Part shown: positions 46,658 to 56,233 of the stretch, in pieces
Layout: each line of letters opens with the position of its first letter
Numbering within the stretch: the stretch's first letter is position 1
Assembly: GCA_003599505.1 (NCBI GenBank)
Contig: QZKO01000053.1
Location: 3,378-67,377 of the forward strand
Direction of reading: 5' to 3'
Length of the DNA stretch: 64,000 nucleotides
Source: Nitrospiraceae bacterium
GTDB taxonomy: Bacteria > Nitrospirota > Thermodesulfovibrionia > UBA6902
Notes under the pieces: model-generated
What the model was told of the DNA's origin: nothing
Databases searched by the model: none
The model's input: only the letters and a program-made list of their open reading frames with translations
Translations under genes and position numbers: made by a program

Positions 46658-47845
46658 TTAAGGAAGATTAGTCAGTCCTCTTTTAATCTTCCAGAGGTAA
46701 TATTTTTCGAAGGCCAGTTTCGCCCATTTATAACTGAGGCCTACTTTAAGCTCTGCTTCCCGCCGTGGTGGAAGAACAGGGTATGCCTTCATCAACGCCC
46801 CTTTATTCCCCATATCCATAATACAGAGGGCCCCGACAGGCTCGGTTTCGGGAGAAGGCTTTCCGAGTATTTCTGCCGCAATGCTCTTTGCCGCATCCTT
46901 TGCCATATGCTCAGTCATGAATCCTGTCTTTGGTACACCTGTAGGAACAGGCGTCTGTTCCGGCGGCGCTATTACTATTGCAACCCCTACAGAAAAGATA
47001 TTTTTATAGCTCTTGTGACGGTAATTGGCATCAACAGGAATAAAACCTTTGGGATTGCCGAGATGGAATACGGCCTTGACGCCTGCCATTGGAGGGGCAA
47101 ACATGGCGAGCCTGAAAGGCAGCTTTATTCCGTCTTTCAACCTGACTTCATCAGGAACGAACTCTTCCACTGTCTGGTTTGCGATGACTTTGATTTCCCT
47201 GTCTGCGAATTCATCTTCCATCATTCTTCTGGATGTTCTGAGCCCGCCGATTCCAAAATGACCGATATAGGGTTCGGAAGTAACAAAGGTCATGGGGACC
47301 TTGTGCCGTATGTTTCTTTTCCTTAATTCGGTGTCTACCTCAAACGCATATTCATAGGCCGGCCCGAAACAGCTTACTCCCTGCACGGCGCCGACAACGA
47401 CCGGGCCGGGGTTTTCAAGGAATCTGTCCCAGGCCTTCTTTGTTTTCACGGCCTGATCCAGTGTAAAAATACATTCCGTATGCCCGCCGTAAGGACCAAA
47501 TCCCGGAACTGATGAGAAGCCAAGGTCGGGCCCGGTAGCTATTACAAGATAATCGTATCGAAGCTCCTGTGTTGCAGTAACAACTTTTGCCGCGTCCGCG
47601 TCCACGCCGACCGCCGCTTCACATATAAATTTTATGCCTTTGCCGGTGAGCATATTTTCAAGTCCGATAGTTATTTCTTCGGGTCTTCTCCAGCCCATTG
47701 ATAACCAGGGAAGGGAAGGGACAAAGACAAATTTGTCCGTGTCGCAGACTAACGTTATCTCGGCCTTGCTGCCGAGCAGCCTTCTCAATTCAAAGGCGGA
47801 GGTCAGCCCCCCGAAAGAACCTCCAAGAATTACTATCTTTGCCAT
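46658..47845 (-). CDS. sqr: Sulfide:quinone oxidoreductase
   Basis: KIVILGGSFGGLTSA with an SQR-type flavoprotein fold. Confidence 0.7.
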   Translation of the reverse strand: MAKIVILGGSFGGLTSAFELRRLLGSKAEITLVCDTDKFVFVPSLPWLSMGWRRPEEITIGLENMLTGKGIKFICEAAVGVDADAAKVVTATQELRYDYLVIATGPDLGFSSVPGFGPYGGHTECIFTLDQAVKTKKAWDRFLENPGPVVVGAVQGVSCFGPAYEYAFEVDTELRKRNIRHKVPMTFVTSEPYIGHFGIGGLRTSRRMMEDEFADREIKVIANQTVEEFVPDEVRLKDGIKLPFRLAMFAPPMAGVKAVFHLGNPKGFIPVDANYRHKSYKNIFSVGVAIVIAPPEQTPVPTGVPKTGFMTEHMAKDAAKSIAAEILGKPSPETEPVGALCIMDMGNKGALMKAYPVLPPRREAELKVGLSYKWAKLAFEKYYLWKIKRGLTNLP

Positions 47846-47855
47846 GTTGCCTCCT

Positions 47856-48137
47856 TTAAAATATTCCCACTACCTTGTCTTCATCGGCCATTATTCCAAC
47901 CAGGCCGTCATAACTTAATTTTTTTATTCCCCCCTCCAGTTCCCCGTCTTTTAAACCCCTTAATCTCAGGTCATCTTCAAGGACGTATAAAATCCCGCAA
48001 AAACCTTCGAGCCTTTCCTTTTTAGCAAAATATACCGCATTCTGAACCAGGCAGATATCGGCAGACAGGTCCCTTGCAAGCTTGACCCCTCTTTTCCCAT
48101 CCTGTGTATCAGGCCCGCTTTTGACAATAACAAACAT
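47856..48137 (-). CDS. dsrH: DsrH/TusB-like protein
   Basis: Small protein at the third position of an E-F-H operon. Confidence 0.55.
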   Translation of the reverse strand: MFVIVKSGPDTQDGKRGVKLARDLSADICLVQNAVYFAKKERLEGFCGILYVLEDDLRLRGLKDGELEGGIKKLSYDGLVGIMADEDKVVGIF

Positions 48138-48147
48138 AATGACCTCC

Positions 48148-48501
48148 TTAATAAATCAATGTTGTCTTTGCATTTTTAACAAGCTCTGCTATCTCAGCGC
48201 CGGTTATTACCTTAATCCCTTCAGGGATATCCGCCGTATCCATGTCCTGTTCTCTGATTGAATGCTTATCCGCGTATACGTCAACCCCCATCTCCATACA
48301 GTCCGTCAGGGCCTCCCCCAGATTTGTAAAGCCTGTGTCCGTATCGTCCTGCCCCTGCTTTGCAAGCAAAACCCCGGCGTCAATCAGAATGAGGTCTACA
48401 CCTAATTCATCCGCAACGCCGCCCATGGCATGCCTTACAGCCTCTGCAGCATTAATATCACCATAAGGCGACCTTCTCAAAATAATCGCAATGTCTTTCA
48501 T
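48148..48501 (-). CDS. dsrF: DsrF/TusC-like protein
   Basis: MKDIAIILRRSPYG...LILIDAGV. Confidence 0.6.
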   Translation of the reverse strand: MKDIAIILRRSPYGDINAAEAVRHAMGGVADELGVDLILIDAGVLLAKQGQDDTDTGFTNLGEALTDCMEMGVDVYADKHSIREQDMDTADIPEGIKVITGAEIAELVKNAKTTLIY

Positions 48502-48510
48502 AATATCCTC

Positions 48511-48867
48511 CTATGCTCCCATATTCAGCCAGATATCGGTTTCACCCATTGTCTTAAAAAGACCCTTGAGTGTGCCGACTTCCGCGTTATCAAGATAATC
48601 ATTCTTCGCTGCACGGCGAAAGTTAAGACATCCGCCTCAGAGATATACCCTTAAACCTTTCTCGATAAGCTCTGTGAACTTCTCCTCAGCATTTGTTATA
48701 CCCTTTGCTTTCTGCCCTTTTAAAAAACAATACACCCCGTCACCTGACGCGATGACGTTGACCGTATGTCCTTTACTCAGGGCAGATTCCGCAATCTTTA
48801 CCGTGGTAAGGGTGTTCTCATAAGAATACGGCGATGTGCCTAACAACAGTGTAAAAGTCTTACTCAT
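48511..48867 (-). CDS. dsrE: DsrE/TusD-like protein with in-frame UGA (candidate selenocysteine) at 48637-48639
   Basis: The 76-aa track ORF stops at TGA and the frame continues GGCLNFRRAAKNDYL...WLNMGA* (TusD C-terminal half). The UGA falls at or near the conserved active-site Cys, giving a UxxC motif. A hairpin follows immediately downstream. Confidence 0.6.
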
Positions 48868-48902
48868 CTTATCCTCCTAAGTTTGGATTTTTTATCCTTC
48901 CC

Positions 48903-50090
48903 CTATTTCTTCTTTAATTCAATCCAGGTTACAAAAATGTAAAAAGCCAGAAGTATTGCCAGCACGCCAATTAAAGAACCTCCCCAGCCAAGCTTTTCAG
49001 GCAGGAATACCGTTTTTCCGTAGAGCCACCCCTTTCCCGCCTGTTCTCCATAAAGAGGCACCCATAATCCCGCAACGAGCATTGCCCCAAGCACAGCAAA
49101 CCAGTGTCTTATATATCCCTCGGCCGACCGCCAGAGCATGCCGGCTGCTCAACCTCCCGTCATGACCATTCCGAACCCGAAAAGCGCCCCGCCTATGATA
49201 CTGTGCATGCCTGCCGGAAGGATGAACATATCAGCAGGCCTGAAGCCGTTTGCTTTTATAATGGCAAACCCCACCGTCCCTATCATCAGGCTAAGCAGGA
49301 GATTCCGCATGGGCTCATTGTGCTTTGTTGTAAAGACTTCCCTGAACCCGGCGGATATACAGAAAGAGGACCTCTGGAATACTATCCCGAAGGCAGCGCC
49401 GAAGAGCAGTATGCCTCCCAGGACATATTTTCCTGTGACAAAATAAACTGAGGCTATGATAAACATTGTGATTGCAACAACAAGACCTATTAACGGATAA
49501 TTAACTACCCTTGTAATCTTTTTTTCAGGAACTGTTTTCAGATCAACGAGTTCTGTGAACTCCATTTTTTCCGCCTCTCTGAAGGCCTGCCATATCATGA
49601 ATTTTCCGCCGAAATAAGCGCCTGCGAGCAAACCTGTCATCATATATAATCCGCTCAGAGACAGGGACATGATTGATGAATAAAATCCTCCAAAGATGCA
49701 GGCGCCGACAAGGAAGCTGCCGAGACCCATCAGGGCCCCGCCGGCAAAACCCTGTATATAACCGGATGTTGAATCTTTTCTGAGTTTAAATTGTCGTGAA
49801 AGGAGGGCGGAGATAAGGGTGCCGAATATCAGTCCGAAATTCAGAATGCTGATAATACTCAGATGGGGCGGCGTTAAGGTCCCCCAGGGCGGCGTTATAT
49901 TCAAACCTGCCAGCCTGTACATCCATATGCCCCAATCAGCAATAGCCGGATAAATACCGCCCAGGGGCATCAGGAATAAAAACATTAATATATTCAGGAA
50001 CGCAACCAGAATGCCGCCAAGCCACAGCGGCCAGGTCTTCTCAAAGAGATTCTTATATAGTTTTCCATGAAAATATTCTGCGAGTGTCAT
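48903..50090 (-). CDS. YeeE/YedE-family transporter with in-frame UGA (candidate selenocysteine) at 49149-49151
   Basis: Track ORFs 49149..50090 and 48903..49139 are in the same frame, separated by TGA plus 3 codons. The junction GFGMVMTGG-U-AAGMLWR aligns with the GGCxSG motif of the paralogue at 32826. Confidence 0.6.
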
Positions 50091-50108
50091 GCATATCTCC
50101 TTCTTAAT

Positions 50109-50450
50109 CTATTTTTTTCTGTCCCCGTGATACTTGCCTTTTTTTGTAACGGGACAACATTCAGGTCCCGGCAGTTCGTCAGGGTAATCTTTTTTGAGTA
50201 TTTCGAGCAGATCAGGGATGAGCGGGTTTTTCAGAAAGTAACATCTGAGCCTTCCGTCTACAAAGTAATCAATGATGCCCGCATGCCTTAATGCGGAAAG
50301 ATGCTGGGAGACATTGGACTGGCTGAGGTCGAGAAATCCCTCGAGGTCGCTGACGCACTTTACGCCCTTTATCAGTTCTTCTAAAATTGCGATCCTTGCC
50401 GGATGCGCTACCAGTTTTATCAGATCTATTCGTGATGATAACTCATGCAT
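50109..50450 (-). CDS. ArsR-family regulator with Cys-rich C-terminus
   Basis: HTH SDLEGFLDLSQSNVSQHLSALRHAG. Confidence 0.75.
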   Translation of the reverse strand: MHELSSRIDLIKLVAHPARIAILEELIKGVKCVSDLEGFLDLSQSNVSQHLSALRHAGIIDYFVDGRLRCYFLKNPLIPDLLEILKKDYPDELPGPECCPVTKKGKYHGDRKK

Positions 50451-50476
50451 ATATTCAAATATTAGAATATATGCAT
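50445..50476. promoter_or_regulatory. Perfect 12-8-12 inverted repeat ATGCATATATTC-N8-GAATATATGCAT overlapping the arsR start codon
   Basis: Direct reading. Candidate autoregulatory operator. Confidence 0.55.
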
Positions 50477-50512
50477 ATATTTGTCAAGACCCTAACATTT
50501 GCAGAGTTTGCT

Positions 50513-52642
50513 TTATCCGACCCGGACTTTCCACGCCGTCACGTCTTTTTTGTCCTCAAGGATCACGCCTTTCTCCTCAAGCTCTTTCCTTATCGCGTCG
50601 GCCGCAGCCCATTCTTTCTTTTTCCTCGCGTCCTGCCGTTCCGAGATTTTCTGAAGGAGGGCCTCTTCGGAAAGCTCTATCTTTTTTACCTTCATCAACG
50701 AACGATACCATTCATCGGGGGTCTTGTTGAATATGTTCAGAACGCCGCCTATGTCGGCAAGCAGGTCGCTTGTCCTGACGACGAGCTCCTTTGCCTTCTG
50801 ACCGGAAGGCTTTGAATCGAGAAATCTGTTTACTTCCCTGATGAGCTCAAAGATAAATCCCAGCGCCGACGCCGTATTGAAGTCGTCGTTCATAGCGTGA
50901 TGAAATTTATCTTTAAAGGCCGAAAGCATTTTTTCGAGGTCGGCGGAGGTGCCGGGCTTTTCGGCGGTCCCTGCTGTTTCAAGAAAATCCTTGATCCTTG
51001 TGACCGTTGTGTAATATCTGTCTATGGAGAGCTCCGCCTCGGTCAACTGGGCGTCTGAAAATTCTATCGGGCTCCTGTAATGCGACGTGAGCAGGAAGTA
51101 GCGGACAACCTCCGGTTCGTATTTTTCCAGTATCTCCCTGATGGTGAAAAAATTGCCGAGGGATTTCGACATCTTCTCTTTGTCGACGGTAATAAACCCG
51201 TTGTGTATCCAGTATTTCACAAAGGGCTTTCCGGTAAGGGCTTCGCTCTGGGCGATCTCATTTTCATGATGAGGGAAAATAAGGTCGGCCCCGCCGCCGT
51301 GTATGTCGAAGCTCTCGCCGAGGTATTTTGACGACATCGCGGTGCACTCGATATGCCATCCGGGCCTGCCTTTCCCCCACGGGCTTTCCCACCACGGCTC
51401 GCCTTCTTTTGAAGATTTCCACAGGGCGAAATCAAGGGGGCTCCTCTTCCTTTCGTCGATATCGACCCTCGCGCCGGCGACAAGGTCGTCGGTGTTCTTT
51501 TTCGAGAGCCTGCCGTATGAATGGAATTTGCTCACTTCAAAATAGACGTCGCCGTTTATGCTGTACGCATAATCTTTGTCGACCAGTCCCCTGATCGTCT
51601 CTATCATCTCCTTTATATGGTCCGTCGCGTCAGGCTCGATGTCGGCCCTGCTTACGCCTAACATTTCCATGTCCCTGTAATATTCTTCCGTGTATTTTTT
51701 CGCGATCACATCATATGTAACGTTGTCCTTCGCGGCCCGCGCTATAATCTTGTCGTCGATATCGGTTATGTTCCTCACGTGGGTCACCTGAAAGCCTTTA
51801 TACCTCAAATATCTTTTGATAATGTCGAAGACGACCGCGCTCCGCGCGTGTCCGAGATGGCAGACGTCATAAGCCGTTATCCCGCATACATACATTTTCA
51901 CATGGCCCGGGACCAGGGGGACGAAATCCTCTTTTTTACCGCTCATCGTGTTGTAAACCTTTATAGTTTCACCTTTGCCTTCCAATGCGCCGATTCTCCT
52001 TTCAAGTTCTGAAATATGGTTCTTCATTTCTTCGAATTTTTCTTCGACAGGGTCGGGGATATGCACATGGTCCAGCATCTCCACGAGGCCTTCATTGAAG
52101 ATCTTGACGACTTTCTTTTTTATCACCCTGCCGGGGACCCCCACAACGATGGAATTGTCAGGCACGGAATGAAGCACCACGGAGTTGGCGCCTATCTTGA
52201 CATTGCTGCCGATGGTGATCGCCCCTAAAATCTTGGTCCCCGCGCCTACGACTACGTTATTGCCGAGGGTAGGGTGCCTTTTGCCCTTTTCCTTGCCGGT
52301 CCCCCCAAGGGTCACGCCCTGATAGAGGAGCACATTTTCCCCGATCTCCGCCGTCTCCCCGATAACAACCCCCATCCCGTGATCTATGAAAAACCCCTTT
52401 CCTATCTTCGCGGCAGGGTGTATTTCAATGCCAGTGAGAAATCTTGCCAGTTGAGACAAAAAACGCGGTAAAACGGGAAGATGCATTTTATACAGCAAAT
52501 GGTTGACCCTGTAAAAAATAATCGCGTGAAACCCGGCGTAAGAAAGAATGACTTCAAGTTTGCTCCTTGCTGCCGGGTCCATCCTGAAGACGGTCTGGAA
52601 ATCGTGCCTTATGTCATTTAATAAACCCATTATCCCATCCAA
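50513..52642 (-). CDS. cysE-cysS: Serine O-acetyltransferase (CysE) fused to cysteine--tRNA ligase (CysS) in one 709-aa ORF
   Basis: N-terminal hexapeptide-repeat CysE ([29 protein letters not shown]). C-terminal CysS with CHLGHAR (HIGH) and KMSKSLGN. No stop codon between them. Confidence 0.7.
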   Translation of the reverse strand: MDGIMGLLNDIRHDFQTVFRMDPAARSKLEVILSYAGFHAIIFYRVNHLLYKMHLPVLPRFLSQLARFLTGIEIHPAAKIGKGFFIDHGMGVVIGETAEIGENVLLYQGVTLGGTGKEKGKRHPTLGNNVVVGAGTKILGAITIGSNVKIGANSVVLHSVPDNSIVVGVPGRVIKKKVVKIFNEGLVEMLDHVHIPDPVEEKFEEMKNHISELERRIGALEGKGETIKVYNTMSGKKEDFVPLVPGHVKMYVCGITAYDVCHLGHARSAVVFDIIKRYLRYKGFQVTHVRNITDIDDKIIARAAKDNVTYDVIAKKYTEEYYRDMEMLGVSRADIEPDATDHIKEMIETIRGLVDKDYAYSINGDVYFEVSKFHSYGRLSKKNTDDLVAGARVDIDERKRSPLDFALWKSSKEGEPWWESPWGKGRPGWHIECTAMSSKYLGESFDIHGGGADLIFPHHENEIAQSEALTGKPFVKYWIHNGFITVDKEKMSKSLGNFFTIREILEKYEPEVVRYFLLTSHYRSPIEFSDAQLTEAELSIDRYYTTVTRIKDFLETAGTAEKPGTSADLEKMLSAFKDKFHHAMNDDFNTASALGFIFELIREVNRFLDSKPSGQKAKELVVRTSDLLADIGGVLNIFNKTPDEWYRSLMKVKKIELSEEALLQKISERQDARKKKEWAAADAIRKELEEKGVILEDKKDVTAWKVRVG

Positions 52643-52885
52643 TCACTCAATTTTGTATCTCGTATAATATACAATTTAGCGTCCTTTCCTTCAACCAATT
52701 TCATGAAATGGATTATGGAGGGATATTCAAGACAGCTTACCAAGTCTCAATCCATGCCCATAAGGCAAGTTTGTTTTGAAATGGGAATATCAATTTTGGT
52801 ATCTGACGCCGTACCCATTCGCGAAGCCGACCTTGCAAGCGATAAGGAAAGAAAAGAACGGGAAAGACATTGGATATGGTGAATC

Positions 52886-53317
52886 TTAAGGCGTTAAGAT
52901 ATTAAGTCCTTCTTCGGCTGCTATTTTGCAAAGCCTGCGGTCTGAGGAAATAAAGGTAACATTGTCATGCTGTAAGCTAAGGGCTATAGCAAGCTGGATA
53001 CTGTCAACCGGCTTCATGTATCTTTTCAGGATAAGTTCCTCTGCCCTGATAATATCTTCGGCTGTTACATCGAGAATTGTAATGCCGAGCGTGCTGATAT
53101 CCTGATAGAAGAAAGAGTGCTGCATCAGGAATTGTTTTTCTGTCGTGATTCTATCAACCTCGAAAAGTCTTTTTAGGTTGGAGATGATTTCAATGATGGT
53201 TATCGAGGATATAAAGACAGGCTCTTTGGGTTCTTCAAGAATCCTGGAAATTACGCTGGATCCTTTCTCCGGCTGGTACCGCTTGAAAAGAGAGCTTGTG
53301 TCTATAAAAAAGGGCAT
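52886..53317 (-). CDS. vapC: PIN-domain toxin (VapC-like)
   Basis: MPFFIDTSSLFKRY with a PIN fold. Confidence 0.65.
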   Translation of the reverse strand: MPFFIDTSSLFKRYQPEKGSSVISRILEEPKEPVFISSITIIEIISNLKRLFEVDRITTEKQFLMQHSFFYQDISTLGITILDVTAEDIIRAEELILKRYMKPVDSIQLAIALSLQHDNVTFISSDRRLCKIAAEEGLNILTP

Positions 53318-53320
53318 GAG

Positions 53321-53494
53321 TTAGCGCTTTTCTCTTTCCTCTATAACCCTCTTGGAAAGGGACACGCCGATTCCTGATAAACTCCGTTGTATGTCCTTCA
53401 AGGTAGCATCTGTGCGGCTATGCTTTTTCAAGCGGCGGTGAAGCTTCGTGCTTACATGCGGCTGTCCCTCAGCTTTTGCAAGTGCTTTTGCCAT
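53321..53494 (-). CDS. vapB: Small antitoxin (VapB-like), 57 aa, hand-called
   Basis: The minus strand encodes MAKALAKAEGQPHVSTKLHRRLKKHSRTDATLKDIQRSLSGIGVSLSKRVIEEREKR. Its stop is 3 nt before the vapC start. Confidence 0.5.
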   Translation of the reverse strand: MAKALAKAEGQPHVSTKLHRRLKKHSRTDATLKDIQRSLSGIGVSLSKRVIEEREKR

Positions 53495-53754
53495 CGGTTT
53501 GCTGTCTCCTTTTTAACTCAGTTTATCAATAGGGCAAGATAAAGGTCAAGGCGGCGGATGCCTCTCGTGAAGAAGACCGAGGGAAATTATCCGGATGCGG
53601 TCATCGGGTTTTCGCTGGCAGATTTGAATGGGTTGGGGATAAGTGATTTTTTTATGATAGCAAATATGGGGAGTTCAAACCTGCATTGTACATTTTCTGT
53701 ATTTTGTTAAATATACTGAAGGGTTGATCCTACTTCTTCGTAATGTCAGGCAGC

Positions 53755-54726
53755 TTAATCCTCATATGGACCAAGGAACCGTTCGCCGTTGAAATGAATC
53801 AAGTGTGTTGGAGACTCCGCAATCCAGACCTCCGTCTCCCAGGAAATTTCGTTGAGATATTTTATCATGGTTTTTCTTTCAAGAAATGCTGTCACGTAGA
53901 CTATGCCGGCCTTTGATCCGGTAAACAGCTCCTTCAATTCCTGTCTGCGCTTTGGATTTACAGGGCCGTGGCTGGTTACCGCTTCGATTAGAACAAGCCA
54001 GTTCTTCTCAACGTGATGCACTACGACATCCGGCATCTTCCCGTGTTCTTCTATTTCTACACCTAATACCTCAAGGGCACCAGAATCGAGATATGCCCAT
54101 TTCGTTTCTGTATCGCCGACATAAACTACGCGCCCACCCGGGGTGAAAAGTGGACAGAAATCGTCAATAATCTTCTTTACCAATATATTGTGCCCGCCGG
54201 GCGAAAGGCTGATTTCTTTTCCGTCTGCAAGTCGTACCGGAATCCGACGCATGTCCCGTTCATGCTCATACAGCTTCTTTAAAGTTTCTACATTATGCAA
54301 GTACTCGCGCAGATGTTTTCTCCAGTTTCGCGTCTTAAATTCCCGGAGCAGTTTCAAGGCAGAAGGCCCAATCTGATAAACAGCCTTGGGGCTGTTTGTT
54401 GGCCTTGAAGATTTATCAGGATTAGGCACAATAAGCCCGGCCTGTATAAATTGATGGACTGTTTGACGGCGCACTGTCTCCCGCGTTTTTGGCGCGTACC
54501 GCTTACCATAGTGCATAGCGATGAAATCCATCATGGGCGTGATGCCCATCAAAGGGTCGCTTGCAGAAATCCATGCATCTTCAGGTTTGAGGTCCAGCAA
54601 CGAAAGCAGAGTCAATGCTGAACGATCATTTTGCTGCTGCCGAGGGAAACCAAGCGTGTCTAATATTTCAAGCGTCTCTTTAATCTTTTGATTGGCTTTC
54701 TTTGAGTTGACTTTTTTAGCCTTCAA
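53755..54726 (-). CDS. BsuBI/PstI-family type II restriction endonuclease
   Basis: 323 aa, matching the size and family of R.PstI. It overlaps the methyltransferase gene by 11 nt. Confidence 0.6.
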   Translation of the reverse strand: MKAKKVNSKKANQKIKETLEILDTLGFPRQQQNDRSALTLLSLLDLKPEDAWISASDPLMGITPMMDFIAMHYGKRYAPKTRETVRRQTVHQFIQAGLIVPNPDKSSRPTNSPKAVYQIGPSALKLLREFKTRNWRKHLREYLHNVETLKKLYEHERDMRRIPVRLADGKEISLSPGGHNILVKKIIDDFCPLFTPGGRVVYVGDTETKWAYLDSGALEVLGVEIEEHGKMPDVVVHHVEKNWLVLIEAVTSHGPVNPKRRQELKELFTGSKAGIVYVTAFLERKTMIKYLNEISWETEVWIAESPTHLIHFNGERFLGPYED

Positions 54727-56233
54727 TTACGGCTTCCTTCTCCAGAATCGTATCAACAGTTGCCTGGTCCGGCATTTGATGTTTCACGTGCGCGCCAAGT
54801 CTAAGTAATTGCTCGCGGGAAGGGTACCGCATTTTTCGAAGGTCTGTGGCATTGACTTGAGTATGTCCGCTGAAAAGCCGGAAGTGCTGGTCGAAGAGTG
54901 AAGAATTCAGATATAATGCCAAACCTCTTGCCATGCTGCCGGATAAGCCATTCCCTTTTGCATGAAAATAATTCAGATGGTTCTCAAACCCCAAAAATGG
55001 AGCTTTAATTTTCCTGGGATCATAGATAGCAGCCACGACGCGCCGTTTCTCTTCTTTTGCCGTAAAACGCTTGGTTACCACATAATATCCGCTCGGCAAT
55101 AATAAGTCTCTCGTATCCGGTGTGTCAACAATTGCATTCGGCTTCTTCCCCGATTCCGCCGGCCATTTAACAAAGCCGGACTCAAAATGGCAAGGATATA
55201 TAAGCGGTACAGCTCCATCTTCCGGCAGAGAGCGCAAGAATTCGTGAGCGCGAAAATCTACAACTCTTCCTGTAGAGACGTCCAGGCCGAGTTTGGCGAG
55301 TGAGCTTGAAAACACCTCAACCCTCTCCATTATGCTGTCGTCGGCATCATTTAAGGCAAGGTGAACGAAAGAGTCACGGTCACTTGGCGAAACTACAAGA
55401 GCGTATGGCACACGGCGGCTTCTCAATTTTTCAAAATCCACGCCGTCAGAAGATGAAAGAATTAATCGTTCCGGTTTTCGTCCACCTTTTATCATGTGAT
55501 AGATTATATTTTCCTGAAGCACATCATCATCACCGAACGCTTTTTTACGCGATTCAAACACATGAATCCTTTGAAGGCTCATCATATCTAACATCGCTAT
55601 TCTGAAACGACGAAAATATGGCCCGTTACAGAAACTCCTCGGCGTAATCGCCACCAATTCGCCGCCGGGTTCCAGTAAACGAGCGGCCAGCCAGACAAAC
55701 GCTGAGTAAAGATTTGATACTTCTATGCCCGTTTTGTCGAGTAAGCGACGTGTAGTTGATTGTCCATGGATTTTTTTGTAGGGAGGATTGAGGATTGCAT
55801 GAGTGAAACGTTCATGCTGGTCGTCAAATAAACGATTCTCCGACTGAACTGCAGCAGCAGCGATAAATTCTTCCTGGCGTATCTCTCCGTGAAAGGTGAT
55901 ACCGGCTTCCCTGCATCGCAACTCACAATGCTCCATCGTTTCTTTCAGAAATGGCAATATGCTTTGGTCATTTTCGTATGAAACTATGCTAATAGAGAGC
56001 GGTCGGCGCTTCCTTGCAATAAATGTCTCTACACACGCCGCAAACAACGAACCGGCTCCGGCTCCGGCATCCAACATACGCACATGTTTAATATCTTCAT
56101 GAAACAGCGACGCCATAAACCGCGCAATCTTTGCGGGCGTCAGAAACTGTCCAATTAGCGCACGATCATCCCGGCAACTGCTGCCATTAAAAGACTTTCG
56201 AACAATATCAAGAGGGGTTGTCAGGTCTATCAT
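54716..56233 (-). CDS. N6-adenine DNA methyltransferase (M.PstI/M.BsuBI-like)
   Basis: Motif I LDAGAGAGSLF and motif IV NPPY. At 505 aa it matches M.PstI in size. Confidence 0.7.
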   Translation of the reverse strand: MIDLTTPLDIVRKSFNGSSCRDDRALIGQFLTPAKIARFMASLFHEDIKHVRMLDAGAGAGSLFAACVETFIARKRRPLSISIVSYENDQSILPFLKETMEHCELRCREAGITFHGEIRQEEFIAAAAVQSENRLFDDQHERFTHAILNPPYKKIHGQSTTRRLLDKTGIEVSNLYSAFVWLAARLLEPGGELVAITPRSFCNGPYFRRFRIAMLDMMSLQRIHVFESRKKAFGDDDVLQENIIYHMIKGGRKPERLILSSSDGVDFEKLRSRRVPYALVVSPSDRDSFVHLALNDADDSIMERVEVFSSSLAKLGLDVSTGRVVDFRAHEFLRSLPEDGAVPLIYPCHFESGFVKWPAESGKKPNAIVDTPDTRDLLLPSGYYVVTKRFTAKEEKRRVVAAIYDPRKIKAPFLGFENHLNYFHAKGNGLSGSMARGLALYLNSSLFDQHFRLFSGHTQVNATDLRKMRYPSREQLLRLGAHVKHQMPDQATVDTILEKEAVIEG

